64,000 nt of DNA from the human T2T-CHM13v2.0 reference genome, Homo sapiens. The notes below the pieces were generated by a model that did no database searches, had not been told where the DNA came from, and was given only the letters and a program-made list of their open reading frames with translations. Below, in pieces: positions 1-26,148 of the stretch. The translations under genes were made by a program, and so were the position numbers. The stretch lies in NCBI RefSeq assembly GCF_009914755.1, contig NC_060928.1. One strand, 5' to 3'. Position 1 is the first letter of the stretch. Each line of letters opens with the position of its first letter.

Positions 1-237
1 GGGATTACAGGCGTGACCCACCGTGCCCGGACCTAATGGTTACTTTTTTTAAAAGTTTCATTAATAACATTTTTATTATGCAAAATATATATGCAGTACC
101 AAAGTCAAATCTACAAAACAGTTCCTTCGAGAAGTCTAATTTGCATTCTGTTCCTCTCCTTACTACTCTTTCCCCCTATGTAGGTAACCATTTTGAACAA
201 GTTTTTGGTTTATCTTTTTTTCTTTTCTTTTTTCCTA

Positions 238-782
<545 letters not shown>

Positions 783-1656
783 TATGTACATTTGAACTTC
801 CCTTATGGTAGCGTATGATGTGATAGATAAATGATAGCACATCATGCACACTTTTCTCCACCTGGCTTTTGTCAATTAATGATATCTCCTGAACATCAGA
901 TATTCAAGTTGTTTTTAAGATTATAGATGCTTTCTGAATATTACTCATAGTATTAATAACATACTAAGCATAAATTTAAAATATCTCTTTTTCACATGCA
1001 GTATCAATTTACTTCAAATTACATGTGTAACTTTCAGATAGATGGTACAATTAGCAACTCTTTTTCAGCGGACTCCACCAAATTTTTAAATAAAAATGTT
1101 TTCTAGGTGGAGATTATGTGTATAAATCAATATAATCATTAAAAACATTTGTAGCATATTGTATTCATGATATGATGTGAAGGATTTACACTGAAAGGGT
1201 TCATATGTTAAATTTTCTGCCTCTGAAATTATCTTTTCTTCCTGTTTCTGAGTTTCCTCATTCTCATATATATTCAATTTAGCATTTGACCATGTCTGTT
1301 GCCTGTTAACCATTTAGAGATAGTATTCACAAAGACTAAAGTCTAGGCACCAAGCAACTATTTTTGTTGCATATTCCTGCATTTTCTGGATTGTTGGGCA
1401 GTAAAGGATGGAGGCACTTTCCAAGGGGATTCTAGCCCCTACTGTGGGACTCTGAGAAGGCAGAAAGGTCTAGATGGTTGAGTGGTCATGCTAAGGTTCA
1501 TTTTAACATACTGTGGTTCACTTTAACATTCATTCCTCCCTCCCCAACTCATCCTGAATATTTGGTATTTGCAGTTTACAAATTTTTAATTCTAATGTAT
1601 AGAAAACCAAGATGTACCAAAATTAAATATGTCTACCTAAAATATAGACATACTAA

Positions 1657-2815
<1,159 letters not shown>

Positions 2816-2936
2816 ATTATTCTGATTATAAAAAGTTATCTATATAGTTCTTAATACCACTAATGAAAGCTTGAAAAATGAGGTTAAATTCTCTGTGTGG
2901 GTACTTCTTTAATATTATCGTGTTTTCTTTTCAAAG

Positions 2937-3033
2937 CTATGTTTGCCATACTGTCTTTATTGATGGAATCACTTATGTATGTGCTACAGACAATGCTTTG
3001 GATTCTGTGACACCATCTGCATTTCTTAAAAAC
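2937..3033 (+). pseudogene. VAMP9P: VAMP9P exon A (longin domain, central strands), 97 nt
   Basis: Acceptor ttttcttttcaaag, donor gtaagt; 1 nt + 32 codons YVCHTVFIDGITYVCATDNALDSVTPSAFLKN, resembling VAMP7 YLFHYICQDRIVYLCITDDDFERSRAFNFLNE. Confidence 0.88.
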
Positions 3034-4642
3034 GTAAGTAATTTTATTGTACTGTAAGGACTTTTTGAGTTACTGAAATTGTGAGGTCTCTGCTTTATAG
3101 TTTATTAGTAGTAGTGTGCTAACCAAAAGCAGCTCACTCACCTGCTATATGTAAAGCAGAGCCATTCATGACCTTCAGAGATTTATTACCTGCATCACTC
3201 ATCTGGCTCGTGTTTCCATACTTCGCCTGGCCCTAAAGTAAGGCCTGCAAAGATCATCCACTCAGATTTATTAGAACCTCTCCTTATATTTATTTTGTTT
3301 TAAAATTAAGAAAGAAATTAAGCTACTCTAGTGTTTAATATACTTTTTCAATGGCACATGTACTTAATTTACAAAGTATGTATGTGAGGAGGTAAGTGAT
3401 CAAAAATTTTTTAGATCGGTAGTCTAAAGACACTTGTGTTAAAGTATATATATCAATTAGAAGAGTTAATCAAAAAATGTTTTTTAAATCAAGACATACC
3501 ATCTCTAGGGAAAGTTTTAACTGACAATAGCCAGCATGTCTAAACTATGATAAACAGAGTACTTTTGTGTATGTATTTATGTAGATACATAAGATTTTTA
3601 TAAATATCTTAAAAGGTGATTAACCTTCTCACTAGATATCACCTGCTGCTCATAGCATCCTGAGTGTGATCTCTGAGCAGAAGGAGAGTTCATGAAACGC
3701 AGTCTTTGAGACAGACTAGAGCCAAACCGTTATTCTGGTAATTTTATGGTTCAAATAGTGTGACTGTTTCTTATTTTAAAAAGTAAATTATACTAATCTT
3801 CAAATTACTTATAAATATATAATTCAGGATAAATATTTTAGTAAAAAATATTAATGCGAAAATTAGTCAGCTATACTATAGTTACCAATGTAGTAGTTAT
3901 TTGCCAGTCACATTCATGAATCATGCATATATTTTCTGTTTAATATATCTGCTTGCTTTAACCCAATTCAAACTAATATAGAGTTAAAGGCTATAAGGCC
4001 TAAATATTAAAATTAACTCCACAATTATGCCTAGAAAATTGCCAGAGTCCAGATGTTAAACACTGTAAGTCATTTTAGCTTAATGTACTGTAATTTTTTT
4101 TCTTTTCTATGTATTATGACAAAACATCCCAACTCTGTAACCTTTCCAAAACTAGGTAACACAACATTACTAACCATGTCATTTTTACCACTGCTTCTGA
4201 GAAATTCATTAAGTACTTCTATTAAGACATTTATTTAGCATTGTTTCATTATTGTTGAATGGATTTTGAGGGTATGGGTGAGAGAGGAAAATGAAAGCAC
4301 TATTTTAAAAATACCATAAAATTCCATCTTTCCTTGTCTGCCAGAGGTAAACATCTGTTCTTCCCCTCAAGTCCTCAGATATATCAAGGAATAGCACCTG
4401 CAATCATACTGTATGAGGTTCTAATCTGTACAACAGCAGCGTGTAAGACTGGGACAAACACGGTGTTTATGAATATGCCATCTTTAAATGGAAAGGATGC
4501 CCTGCCACCAAAAAGCCAAAAATGATGTGTTTTCTTTTATTTTTCAGGATTCTGCTAGACTTTGCTTCAAATGAATGTTTGTTCTATAATTCTCCAGTTA
4601 AAATGATCTATATAGGTTAAATAGTTCCATTAATTTCTCCAG

Positions 4643-4744
4643 ATTAGTGATACTTTTACAAGAAATCCTTTGATGTCACAAGAACATTTTTCTCCTTCAA
4701 ATGCATTTGCTGCAGATTTTCAACAAGTGTTAGGAAAGTAAATG
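4643..4744 (+). pseudogene. VAMP9P: VAMP9P exon B (longin C-terminal helix), 102 nt, premature TAA
   Basis: Acceptor tttctccag, donor gtatgt; ISDTFTRNPLMSQEHFSPSNAFAADFQQVLGK*M resembles VAMP7 IKKRFQTTYGSRAQTALPYAMNSEFSSVLAAQL; phase 0 at both ends, matching the neighbouring exons. Confidence 0.85.
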
Positions 4745-4785
4745 GTATGTAACCTCAAACTGTATTCCTAAGTATTACCAGTTTT

Positions 4786-10940
<6,155 letters not shown>

Positions 10941-11093
10941 GTATTACCAGTTTTACAAAGCTGACAAATCAGTTAGCAATTATGAGTTAAGAGCTGTAAA
11001 GATGAATAAGAAACTATCTCTTTAAAATGATAAGGAATGATATCCATGATATATTGATAAGCTAATAAAGCAACATAATGGTTGAGAATTTTT

Positions 11094-11410
11094 GGCCAGT
11101 CATGGTAGCTCATGCCTGTAATCTCAGCACTTTAGGAGGCCAAGGCAGGCAGATCACTTAATGTCAGGAGTTCAAGACCAGCCTGGCCAACACAGCAAAA
11201 CTCCATCTCTACTAAAAATACAAAAAAAAAAAGAAAAAATTAGCCAAGCATCATGGCACATGCCTGTAATCCCAGCTACTTGGGAGGCTGAGGCAGGAGA
11301 ATCTCTTGAACTCAGGAAGCAGAGGTTGTGGTGAGTCAAGATTGCACCACTGTACTCCAGCCTGGGCAACAGAGAGAGACTCCATCTCAAAAAAGAAAAA
11401 AAAAGGAAAG
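11094..11410 (+). repeat. AluS-type element
   Basis: Dimeric Alu with A tail. Confidence 0.92.
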
Positions 11411-11731
11411 AATTTATGATACACTATTATTTATTTAATATTCTTATATGCAACTATTTTAGAAGGAATAAGAACAAATCTATTTTTTGTTTACTTACAG
11501 TTTTTTTTACAGGCAGGGAAAGGCAAACCAAAAACATTAAGTGGTTACCTATGTGAGGATGAGGGGGAAAAGAAATGACAAGAGTAGAAAGTGGACCTCT
11601 CTTTCTTGCTGATGTTTTCTTACGGAAAAGAGAAAAAAGGAACTAGGTCCTTCTGTATGAAGCTCATTTGGCAAATTTGACTGCAAAACCATGTAGATGT
11701 TTTACACAATTATAAAATATCACTTAATTCT

Positions 11732-11902
11732 TTTTTTTTTTTTTTTTTTTTTTTTTGAGACAGAGTCTTGCTGTTGCCCAGGCTGGAGTGCAGTGGCGTG
11801 ATCTCAGCTCCCTGCAGGCTCCGCCCCCCGGGGTTCACGCCATTCTCCTGCCTCAGCCTCCCGAGTAGCTGGGACTACAAGCGCCTGCTACCTCGCCTGG
11901 CT
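11732..11902 (-). repeat. 5'-truncated young Alu (AluYe-like right arm) with 19-bp TSD
   Basis: TSD TAAAATATCACTTAATTCT at 11713-11731 and 11903-11921; pure T tract; AACCCCGGGGGGCGGAGCCTGCAG motif. Confidence 0.8.
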
Positions 11903-11929
11903 TAAAATATCACTTAATTCTAAAACTTT

Positions 11930-14115
11930 AAAGTAATCCTCACTAAGTGAAATAAGACAGTCACAAAAGAACAAATAGTGCCTGATTCCACCTATATGTG
12001 GTATGTAGAGTAGCCAAATTCACAGAGACAGAAAATAGAAGGGTGGTTGCCAGGGGATCAGGGGAGGGGAAAACAAGCAGTTCGTGTTTAATGTGTACAG
12101 AGTTTCAGTTTGGGAAGATGAAAAAAGTTCTGGAGATGGATGGTGGTGATAGTTACACAAAATGTGAATGTACTCGATGCCACTGTACTATATACTTAAA
12201 AATTGTCAGTTGGAAGGATTTCTAGGATCATTGAAAAAAGAAAAAAATAGGAAAAATGGTAAAATTTTTATGTATATTTTGTCATTATAGAATTTTATTC
12301 TAATTTTTAGGATAATCTCTAAAACTCTAAAACAACATGGAAAAAACAAAAAACCTGTGTATTGAGTTAGTGGCTTAAAAGACAGTGAAGATTTATTTCA
12401 AGTGGCTCTAAAACACAGTAATTTGATTATATATTCCTAGTGGGATTATACCCTAATAAAAAAAAAACTGAAGAACTAAATCTCAAGGTATTTATTTTTA
12501 AGAGTCACATTATTGCTAATAATATTGGTATTGCTATTCTAAAATTGGTTTTTATAGATATAGATATATTACTTTGTATAATTGTTAATGTTGTTAAGAC
12601 TCAAGTTTTTCAGAAAAAAAAAGAGTTGCAAATATAAAATCAAAGAAGTCAAGTAAAACTTCTAATCCCAAATTTTAATTGAAAATTAGGGCCGGGCACA
12701 GTGGCTCATGCCTGTAATCCCAACACTTTGGGAGGCCAAGGTGGGCACAGATGACATGAGCTCAGGAGTTCCAGACCTGCCTGGGCAACATGGTGAAACC
12801 CCATCTCTACAAAAAATACAAAAAAAAAAATTATCTGGACATGTTGGTATGTATTTGTTGTCCCAGCTACTCAGGAGGCTGAGGTGGGAAGATGGCTTGA
12901 GCCCAGGAGGCAGAGGTTGCAGTGAGCTGGGATCAATCACACCACTGCATTCAAACCTGTGAGACAGGGCCAGATCCAGTCTCAAAAAAAAAATAATAAT
13001 AATAAAGTAAATATTTAAAAATATTTCATTGAAAATATATTACATGATATATTTTCTCTTAAACAAAATTTCCTAGCCTATCCACTGAAAAAGCCTAGAA
13101 ACAATGACCAACCCCAACAGTAGTCAGCCACCTTAGTTTCTAGATTATAGTCTCTAAATACTTTTTTCCTTCAGCAATTTCCTTTCTTTCAGCACTTTCC
13201 TTCAGCACCCTCCCCTCAATGAAATCAAGCCTGGTTCCAAATATGGGACAGGTAACATATAAGCCAGAAACATTTTGCCCCATCAAAAACAAAGATGCTA
13301 TCAAAGTCTATGCTCATGTCAAAAGACTGTAGGAGACAACTTGAAGAGGTTGCCTCTGGCCAGTGATAGAATTATTTGAGCATCGAAAAGGACCCTAACT
13401 GCAGTGGATTTTAGCACATCAAATATGTTAAACTCCATGAGTTGCTAGATACCACCAAAGGGGGAAAAATTTTTCATCAGTCAACTTTGATAAGTACTAC
13501 TAATCTACCTCATTACTCTGAAAACTGATAAATAAAAGGAAGGAATCAAGCATTTATTCTAACATTCTTGTATGAACCATACCTCAAAGGAACCAGAAAG
13601 TTGATAGGGAAAAGTCATTTCTCTTTATGGAAGTATTCTAGCTAATAAATGATGAAGAGGTGATAAAATATCACCATTGTGGAATCCCTAATGAAATAAT
13701 GGACCTAGACAATCATCATCAATAACTGACAAAAAAATTTAGGTAAAAACCTGATGAGGAACTTTGTAATGGATGAAACAGGCTCAGAACACCTAAACCC
13801 ACTAATTTTTCTTAAGCTCAAAATAAGAGAGACAGTAATGTGCTTCTTGATGCCACACAATGAGTCTTATAAAGCACACATCTGAAACACATTTACCCAA
13901 AAATATCAAAACTGGATCAGACCAAGCCTTTAGCTCTAACTGCCAGTTTATAGGAAATAGAGAGATCAGCATTCACATTAAATGATACTGAAGTGATATA
14001 ATCAGCAAAATTCAGAATATGAAAAACTCTACAAGACAAATGTCCTAACTTCTTCAAAAAATAAATTGCCAAGTGGAGAAAGTTAAGGAGAAACCATAGA
14101 TTAAAAGAGACTTCC
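11930..14115 (+). mobile_element. Old L1M 3'-end fragments interrupted by an Alu (~12690-13005 +)
   Basis: Degenerate L1M 3'UTR motifs (ctaagtgaaataag, gagatggatggtggtgat). Confidence 0.65.
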
Positions 14116-14134
14116 ACCTGGGCAATATAGTGCT

Positions 14135-19095
<4,961 letters not shown>

Positions 19096-21040
19096 TGCCC
19101 AAAGCAATCTACAGATTCAATTCAATTCCCATCAAAATATCAACATCATTTTTCACAGAATTAGGAAAGAATTATAAAATTCATATGGAACCAAAAAAGA
19201 GCCCGCATAGCCAAAGCAATCCTAAGCAAAAAGAACAAATCTAGAGGCATATTACTGTACTTCAAATTATACTGCAAGGCTGTAGTTACCAAAACAACAT
19301 GGTACTGTTATAAAAGTAGGCACAGAGACCAATGGAATAGAATAGAGAACCCAAAAATAAAGCCAAAAACTTAGAACCAATTGATCTTTGACAAAGCATA
19401 CAAAAACATAAATTGGGGAAAGGACACCCTATTTAATAAATGGTACTGGGAAAACTGGCTAGCCACATGTAAAAGAATGGAGCTGGATCCCTATCTCTCA
19501 TCTTGTACAAAAATCAACTCAAGATGGAACAAAGACTTAAAAATATGACCTAAAACCATAAAAATTTTAGAAGATAACCTTGGGGAAACTCTTCTGGACA
19601 TTGGCCTAGGCAAAGTATGCATGACTAAGACCCCAAAAGCAAATGCAACAAAAACAAAAATAAATGAATGAAACCTGATTAAACTAAAAAACTTCTGCAT
19701 AGGAAAAGAAATAATTATCAGAGTAACCAGACAACCTACAGAGTGGAAAAATAATTTTGCAAACTGTGTTTAACAAAGGACTAGTATCTAGAATCTACAA
19801 GAAACTTAAAGCAGCAGAAAAAATAAATAATCTCATCAAAAAGTGGATAAATGGCATGAATAAACATTACTCAAAAGAAGATATACAAATGGCCAACAAC
19901 ATATGAAAAAATGCTCAACATCACTAATCATCAGGGAAATGCAAATTTAAACCACAATGAGATAGCACCTTACTCCTGGAAGAGTGGTCATAGTTAATAA
20001 ATGAATAAATAAATAAATAAAAATTTTTAAAAATGGAAGTTGGCATGAATGTGGTGAAAAGGGAATGCTTATACACTGCTGGTGGGAATGTAAATTAGTA
20101 CAACCTCTATGGAAAACATCATGGAAGTTCCTTAAAGAACTAAAGGCAAGTCTACCATTCGATCCAGCAATCCCGTTGCTGGGTGTCTACCCAGAAGAAA
20201 ATAAATCATTATATGAAAAAGACACATGCACACATATGTTTACTATAGCACAATTCACAATTGCAAAGATATGGAACCAGCCTAAGTGCCCATCAACTAA
20301 TGTGTGGATAAAGAAAATGTGGTGTATATACTTCATGGAATACACTTCTCAGCCCTAAAAAGGAATGAAACAATATCTTTTGCAGCAACTTTGATGGAGC
20401 TGGAGTCCATTATTCTAAGTGGGTAACTCAGTAATGGAAAACCAAACACCACATGTTCTCACTTGTGAGAGCTAAGCTATGAGTACAGAAAGGCAGACAG
20501 AGTGATACAATGGACTTTGGAGACTCAGAAGGGGAAGGGTGGCCAGGCGCGATGACTCACACCTGTAATCCCAGCACTTTGGGAGTACGAGGCAGGTGGA
20601 TCCCTGAGATCAGGAGTTCGATACCAGCCTGCCCAACATGGTGAAACCCTGTCTCTACTAAAAATACAAAAATTAGCCGGTGTGGTAGCATGCACCTGTA
20701 ATCCCCACTACTCAGGAGACTGAGGCAGTAGAATCGCTTCAACCTAGGAGGCAGAGATTAAGTGAGCCGAGATCGCACCACTGCACCCCAGCCTGGGCAA
20801 CAGAGCGGGACTCTATCTCAAAAAAAAAAAAAAAAAAAAAAAAGAAGAAGGGAAAGGGTAGGAAGGGAGTGTGGGATTAAAAACTACATATTGGGTACAA
20901 TGTACACTACTCAGGTGACAGGTACACTAAAATCTCAGAATTCACCACTATGTAATTCATTCATGCAACCAAAAAACACTTGTACCCCCAAATCCATTGT
21001 AATTTTTAAAAAATTTTTTTAGAAATAATAAAAAAAAATT
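19096..21040 (+). mobile_element. L1PB/L1MA-type 3' part (ORF2 C-terminus, 3'UTR, A tail) with an Alu at ~20541-20845
   Basis: LPKAIYRFN..., [15 protein letters not shown]; A-rich tail near 21020-21040. Confidence 0.85.
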
Positions 21041-22245
21041 TATATGGCCCTCCAGTTTCGGGTCCACCATGTAAGGACCTTGAAGGTTACCACTCCATCC
21101 TAACAACAAGTAATAAACTGGCCAAACTGTAAAATCACCAATTTTTTGTATATCCATCAGAGAAGTGAGGTCATAGGGCAAATTGCTGCCACTTGAAGAT
21201 CCAGACAGACAAATACAGAGATTCACAACTTACCAGAACAGAAACCCGTCAGCAGAAACCTTCACATGAACCAGTAATAGGGTAGGAAAACCTAAACAGT
21301 AACTGACAAATTGCTTCAGTGGGGGCCCAGTAATAGGAGGTTCTCCCACACTTTTGTGAGGATCAATACACATAATGGGAATATCAGAAGTAGAAGAAAG
21401 AGAGAAAGGAAAAAAAGCAATATTAGATGCACTAATGACTGATAATTTCCCCAAATTAATGTCAGACATCAAACCACAGATCCAGGATGTTCAGAGAACA
21501 CCAAGTAGAATAAATGAAAAAAAAGAAAAAAAACTACACCTAGGTATATCATGTTAAAAACAAAATAAAAGATTTTTTTAAAAAGACAATTATATAGAAT
21601 CTAAGATAAAGAAAAATATATAGGTCAGAAACTTGGATCTGTGTTGTCTTCAACCATTTTGTGCTGCTAAAACAGAATACTACGAATGGGTAATTTATAA
21701 TGAATAGAAATTTATTGGATTATTGGATATTACAGTGAACACATCTATTGGGTTATTGCATTAACTTTCCAATACATGAACTTTGTGGGACACATTAAAA
21801 CCACAGTATATACAGAGAAGAAGAAGAGGAGGAGGAGGAGGAAGGAGATTACAGAAGGAATAAATGAAGGTAAAATATAAACTTTAGTTCTTTTTTTCTT
21901 TTTTTTGAGACAGATTCTTGCTCTGTCACCCAGGCTGGAGTGCAGTGGTGGGATCTCCACTCACTGCAAGCTCCGCCTCCTAGGTTCATGCCAGTCTCCT
22001 GCCTCAGCCTCCTGAGTAGCTGGGACTACAGCCGCCATTATGCCCAGCTAATTTTTTGTATTTTTAGTAGAGACGGGGTTTCACCATGTCAGCCAGGATG
22101 GTCTTGATCTCCTGACCTCGTGATCCGCCCACCTCGGCCTCCCAAAGTGCTGGGATTACAGGCATGAGCCACCACGCCCGGCCTAAACTTTAGTTCTTAA
22201 TTGATCTAATAGATAACGGTTTGTTCAAAATATAACAACAATATG

Positions 22246-22611
22246 CAAACTGTCCCTAACTTGTGATGGCTCAACTTATGATTTTTTTAACTTTATGATG
22301 GTGCAAAAGCAATATGCATTCTGTAGAAACTGCATTTCAAGTACCCATATAGCCATTCAGTTTTTTACTTTCAGCTTAGTATATTCAACAAATTACATGA
22401 GATTTTCAACACTTTATTATAAAATAGGCTTTGTGTTAGAGGATTTTGTCCAATTGTAGGCTAATGTAAGTGTTTTGAGCACATTTAAGGTAGGGCAGGC
22501 TAAGCTATAATGTTCAGTAGGTTAGGTGTTATTCAATACATTTTGACACATATGTTCAACTTGCAGTGGGTTTATCTTGACATAATCCCATCATAGGTCA
22601 AGGAGCATCTG
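22246..22611 (-). mobile_element. MER47-like (Tigger family) DNA transposon fossil
   Basis: - strand start cagatgctccttgacctatgatggg with a degenerate inverted terminus. Confidence 0.65.
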
Positions 22612-22788
22612 TATTAGATGATTATAGCTTATATATAAGTAAAATGAATGGTAGAAATGATACAAGGGACAGGAGGGAGGAGTTAGGATTATTTTGTTAT
22701 TATAAAGTACTTACATTACCCATAAAGTAGTATAGTATTATTTGAAAGTGAACTTGAATTAGTGGTAAATGTATATGGCAAACTGTAG

Positions 22789-22965
<177 letters not shown>

Positions 22966-24142
22966 TAATTTTTGTATTTTTATTAGAGACGGGGTTTTGC
23001 CATGTTGGCCAGGCTGGTCAAGAACTGACCTCAGGGGATCCGCCTGCCTCGGCCTCCCAGAGTGCTGGGATTACAGGTGTGAGCCACCGCACCGGCCTGG
23101 AAACCACTTTTTTAAAGTAAGTAGTATAATTGATACTTTTAAAAACAGGAGAGAAAATAAAATAATATAGTCACATAAAAATGGTGAATTAAAAGCAAAA
23201 AAAGGCAGAAGAGAGTGGAAGACAAAAATAGGAACAAAGGAAAAGGGCAACAAATAGAAAACAGTAACAAATATGGTAGGTATTAATACAACTATACTAA
23301 TAATCACTGTAAACATTAATGGTGTAAATATACTAAATAAAAGACAGAAATTGTCCTAATGGAGCAAAAAACATAACTGAACTATATGTTGGCTAAAAGA
23401 AACCCACTTTAAATACGAAGGCACATAGAGAGTAAAAGTAAAGGTATGGAGAGTGACATATCATTCTAACACTAATCAAAAGAAGGCTAGAGTAGCTATT
23501 TTAATATCAAACAGTAGACTTCAGAGCAAGGAATATTGTCAGGGATAAAAAAAGACATTATATAATGATAAAAGGGTCAATTATCTAAGAAGAAATAGCA
23601 ATTGTTAATGTATATTCACCTAACAAAAGAATGGCAAAATACATGAGGCAAAGACTGATAGAATCCCAAGGAAAAATAGATGAATCCGCTACTATATTTG
23701 GAGACTTCAACACCCCTCATTAAGAAATAGACAGTTCTAGCAGGCAGAAAATTAGAAAGAATGTACTTGAACAGTACCATTAATCAACTGGTTATCATTG
23801 ACATCTATAGAATATTTTATTCAACAACAGCAGAATACACATTTTTCTCAAGCTCACATGAAACATTGACTAATAGAGATCACATTCAGGGCCATAAAAC
23901 ACACATTAATAAATTTTAAAGAAATAATGCAATATATAGTTATTCAAACCGCAGTGGAATCAAACTAGAAATCAGTAACAGAAAGATAGCTGGAAAGTCC
24001 CCCAGGTATTTGGACATTAAACAGCATACTTCTAAGTAACACAAGTCAAAGAAGAAATCTCAAGAAAAATTTAAAATATTTCAAACTAAATGAAAATAAT
24101 AATACAATGTATCAAAACGTGTGGGATACAGTGAAAGCAATG

Positions 24143-26148
24143 TGATATGGTTTGGCCGTTTCCCCACCCAAATCTCTACTTTAATTGTATCTCCCAGAAT
24201 TCTCACGTGTAGTGGGAGGGACCCATAAGGAGATAATTGAATCATGGGCCTGGTCTTTCCCATGCCATTCTGTGATAGTGAATAAGTCTCATCAGATCTG
24301 ATGGGTTTATCAGGGGTTTCCGCTTTTGCTTCTTCCTCATTTTTCTATTGCCATCCCCATGTAAGAAGTGCCTTTCACCTCCTGCCATGATTCTGAGGCC
24401 TCCCCAGCCATGTGAAACTGTAAGTCCAATTAAAACCTTTTCTTCCAAGTCTCAGGTATGTCTTTACCAGCAGCATGAAAACAGACTAATACAGTAAATT
24501 GGTACCAGTAGAGGGGGGCCTTGCTGAAAACATACTTGAAAATGTGGAAGTGACTTTGGAACTGGGTAACAGGCAGAGGTTGGAAGAGTTTGGAGAGCTC
24601 AGGTGAAGACAGGAAAATGTGGGCAAGTTTGGAACTTCCTAGAGACATGTTGAATGGCTTTGCCCAAAATGCTGATAGTGATGTGGACAATAAGGTTCAA
24701 GCTGAGGTGGTCTCAGATGGAGGTGAGGAACTTGTTGGGAACTGGAGCAAAGGTGACTCTTGTTATGTTTTAGCAAAGAGACTGGTGGCATTTTGCCCCT
24801 ACTGTAAAGATGTGTGGAACTTTGAACTTGAGAGAGATGATTTAGGGTATTTGGTGGAAAAAAATTCTAAGCAGCAAAGCATTCAAGATGTGACTTGGGT
24901 GCTGTTAAAGGCATTCAGTTTTATAAGGGAAACAGAGCATAAAACTTTGGCAAATTTGCAGCCTGACTATGCAATAGAAAAGAAAAACCCATTTTCTGGG
25001 GAGAAATTCAAGCCAGCTGCAGAAATTAGCATACGTAGCAAGGAGCCTAATGTTAATCCCCAAGACCATGGGGAAAATATCTCCAGGCCATGTCAGAGAC
25101 CTTCAGCAGCTCCTCCAATCACAGGCCTGGAGTCCCAGGAGTAAAAAATGGTTTCCTGGGCTGGGCCCAGGGTCTTCGTGCTGTGTGCAGTCTAGGCATT
25201 TTGTGCCCTGTGTCCCAGCCACTCCAGCCATGGCCAAAACAGGCCAATGTACACCTCAGGCTGTGATTTCAGAGGGTGCAAGCCCCAAGACTTGGCAGCT
25301 TCCACGTGGTGTTGAGCCTGCAGGTGCACAGAAGCCAAGAACTGAGGTTTGGGAACCTTTAACTAGGTTTCAGCAGATGTATGGAAATGCCTGGACCCCC
25401 AGGCAAAAGTTTGCTGCAGGGGTGGGGCCCTCATGAAAAACCTCTGCTAGGGCAGTGCAGAAGGGAAATGTGGGGTTGGAGCCCCCACACAGAGTCCCTA
25501 CTGGGGCACTGCCTAGTGGAGCTGTGAGAAGAGGGCCACCATCCTCCAAGCCCCAGAATGGTAGATCCACTGACAGCTTGCACTGTGCACCTGGAAAAGC
25601 CACAGACACTCAATGCCAGCCCATGAAAGCAGCTAGGAGAGAGGCTGTACCCTGCAAAGCCACAGGGGCAGAGCTGCCGAAGACCATGGGAACCTACTTT
25701 TTGCATCAGCGTGACCTGGATGTGAGACCTGGAGCCAAAGGAGATCATTTTAGAGCTTTAAGATTTGACTGTCCCACTGGATTTTGTACTTGCATGGGCC
25801 CTATAACCCCTCTGTTTTGGCCAATTTCTCCCATTTGGAATGACCATATTTACCCAATACCTGTACCCCCATTATATCTAGGAAGTAACTAGCTTGTTTT
25901 TGATTTTACAGGCTCATAGGTGGAAGGGACTTGCCTTGTCTCAGATGAGACTTTGGACTGTGGACTTTTGGGTTAATGCTGAGATGAGAATGAGTTAAGA
26001 CTTTGGGGGACTGTTGGGAAGGCATAATTGGTTTTGAAATGTGAGAACGTGAGATTTGGAGGGGCCAGGGGCAGAATGATATGGTTTGGCTGTGTCCCCA
26101 CCCAAATTTCAACTTGAATTGTATCTCCCAGAATTCCCATGTGTTGTG
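24143..26148 (+). mobile_element. THE1 (THE1A-like) MaLR provirus: 5'LTR 24143-24493, internal region, truncated 3'LTR 26077-26148
   Basis: tgatatggtttggc...gactaataca LTR; internal MaLR ORF remnants (24590-25892); second tgatatggtttggc after a purine tract. Confidence 0.93.

Noticed and set aside
1086-1313. 75-aa - strand ORF in non-Alu sequence
   Set aside because: No recognisable domain or splice context; not the missing longin N-terminal exon, which must be on the + strand.
4548-4642. Strong-looking acceptor (ttttcttttatttttcag) 95 nt upstream of exon B
   Set aside because: Out of frame with exon B, stops after 8 codons and shows no longin similarity; at most a cryptic site.
24590-25892. 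184-, 128- and 145-aa ORFs
   Set aside because: Remnants of the THE1 internal ORF, broken by frameshifts.
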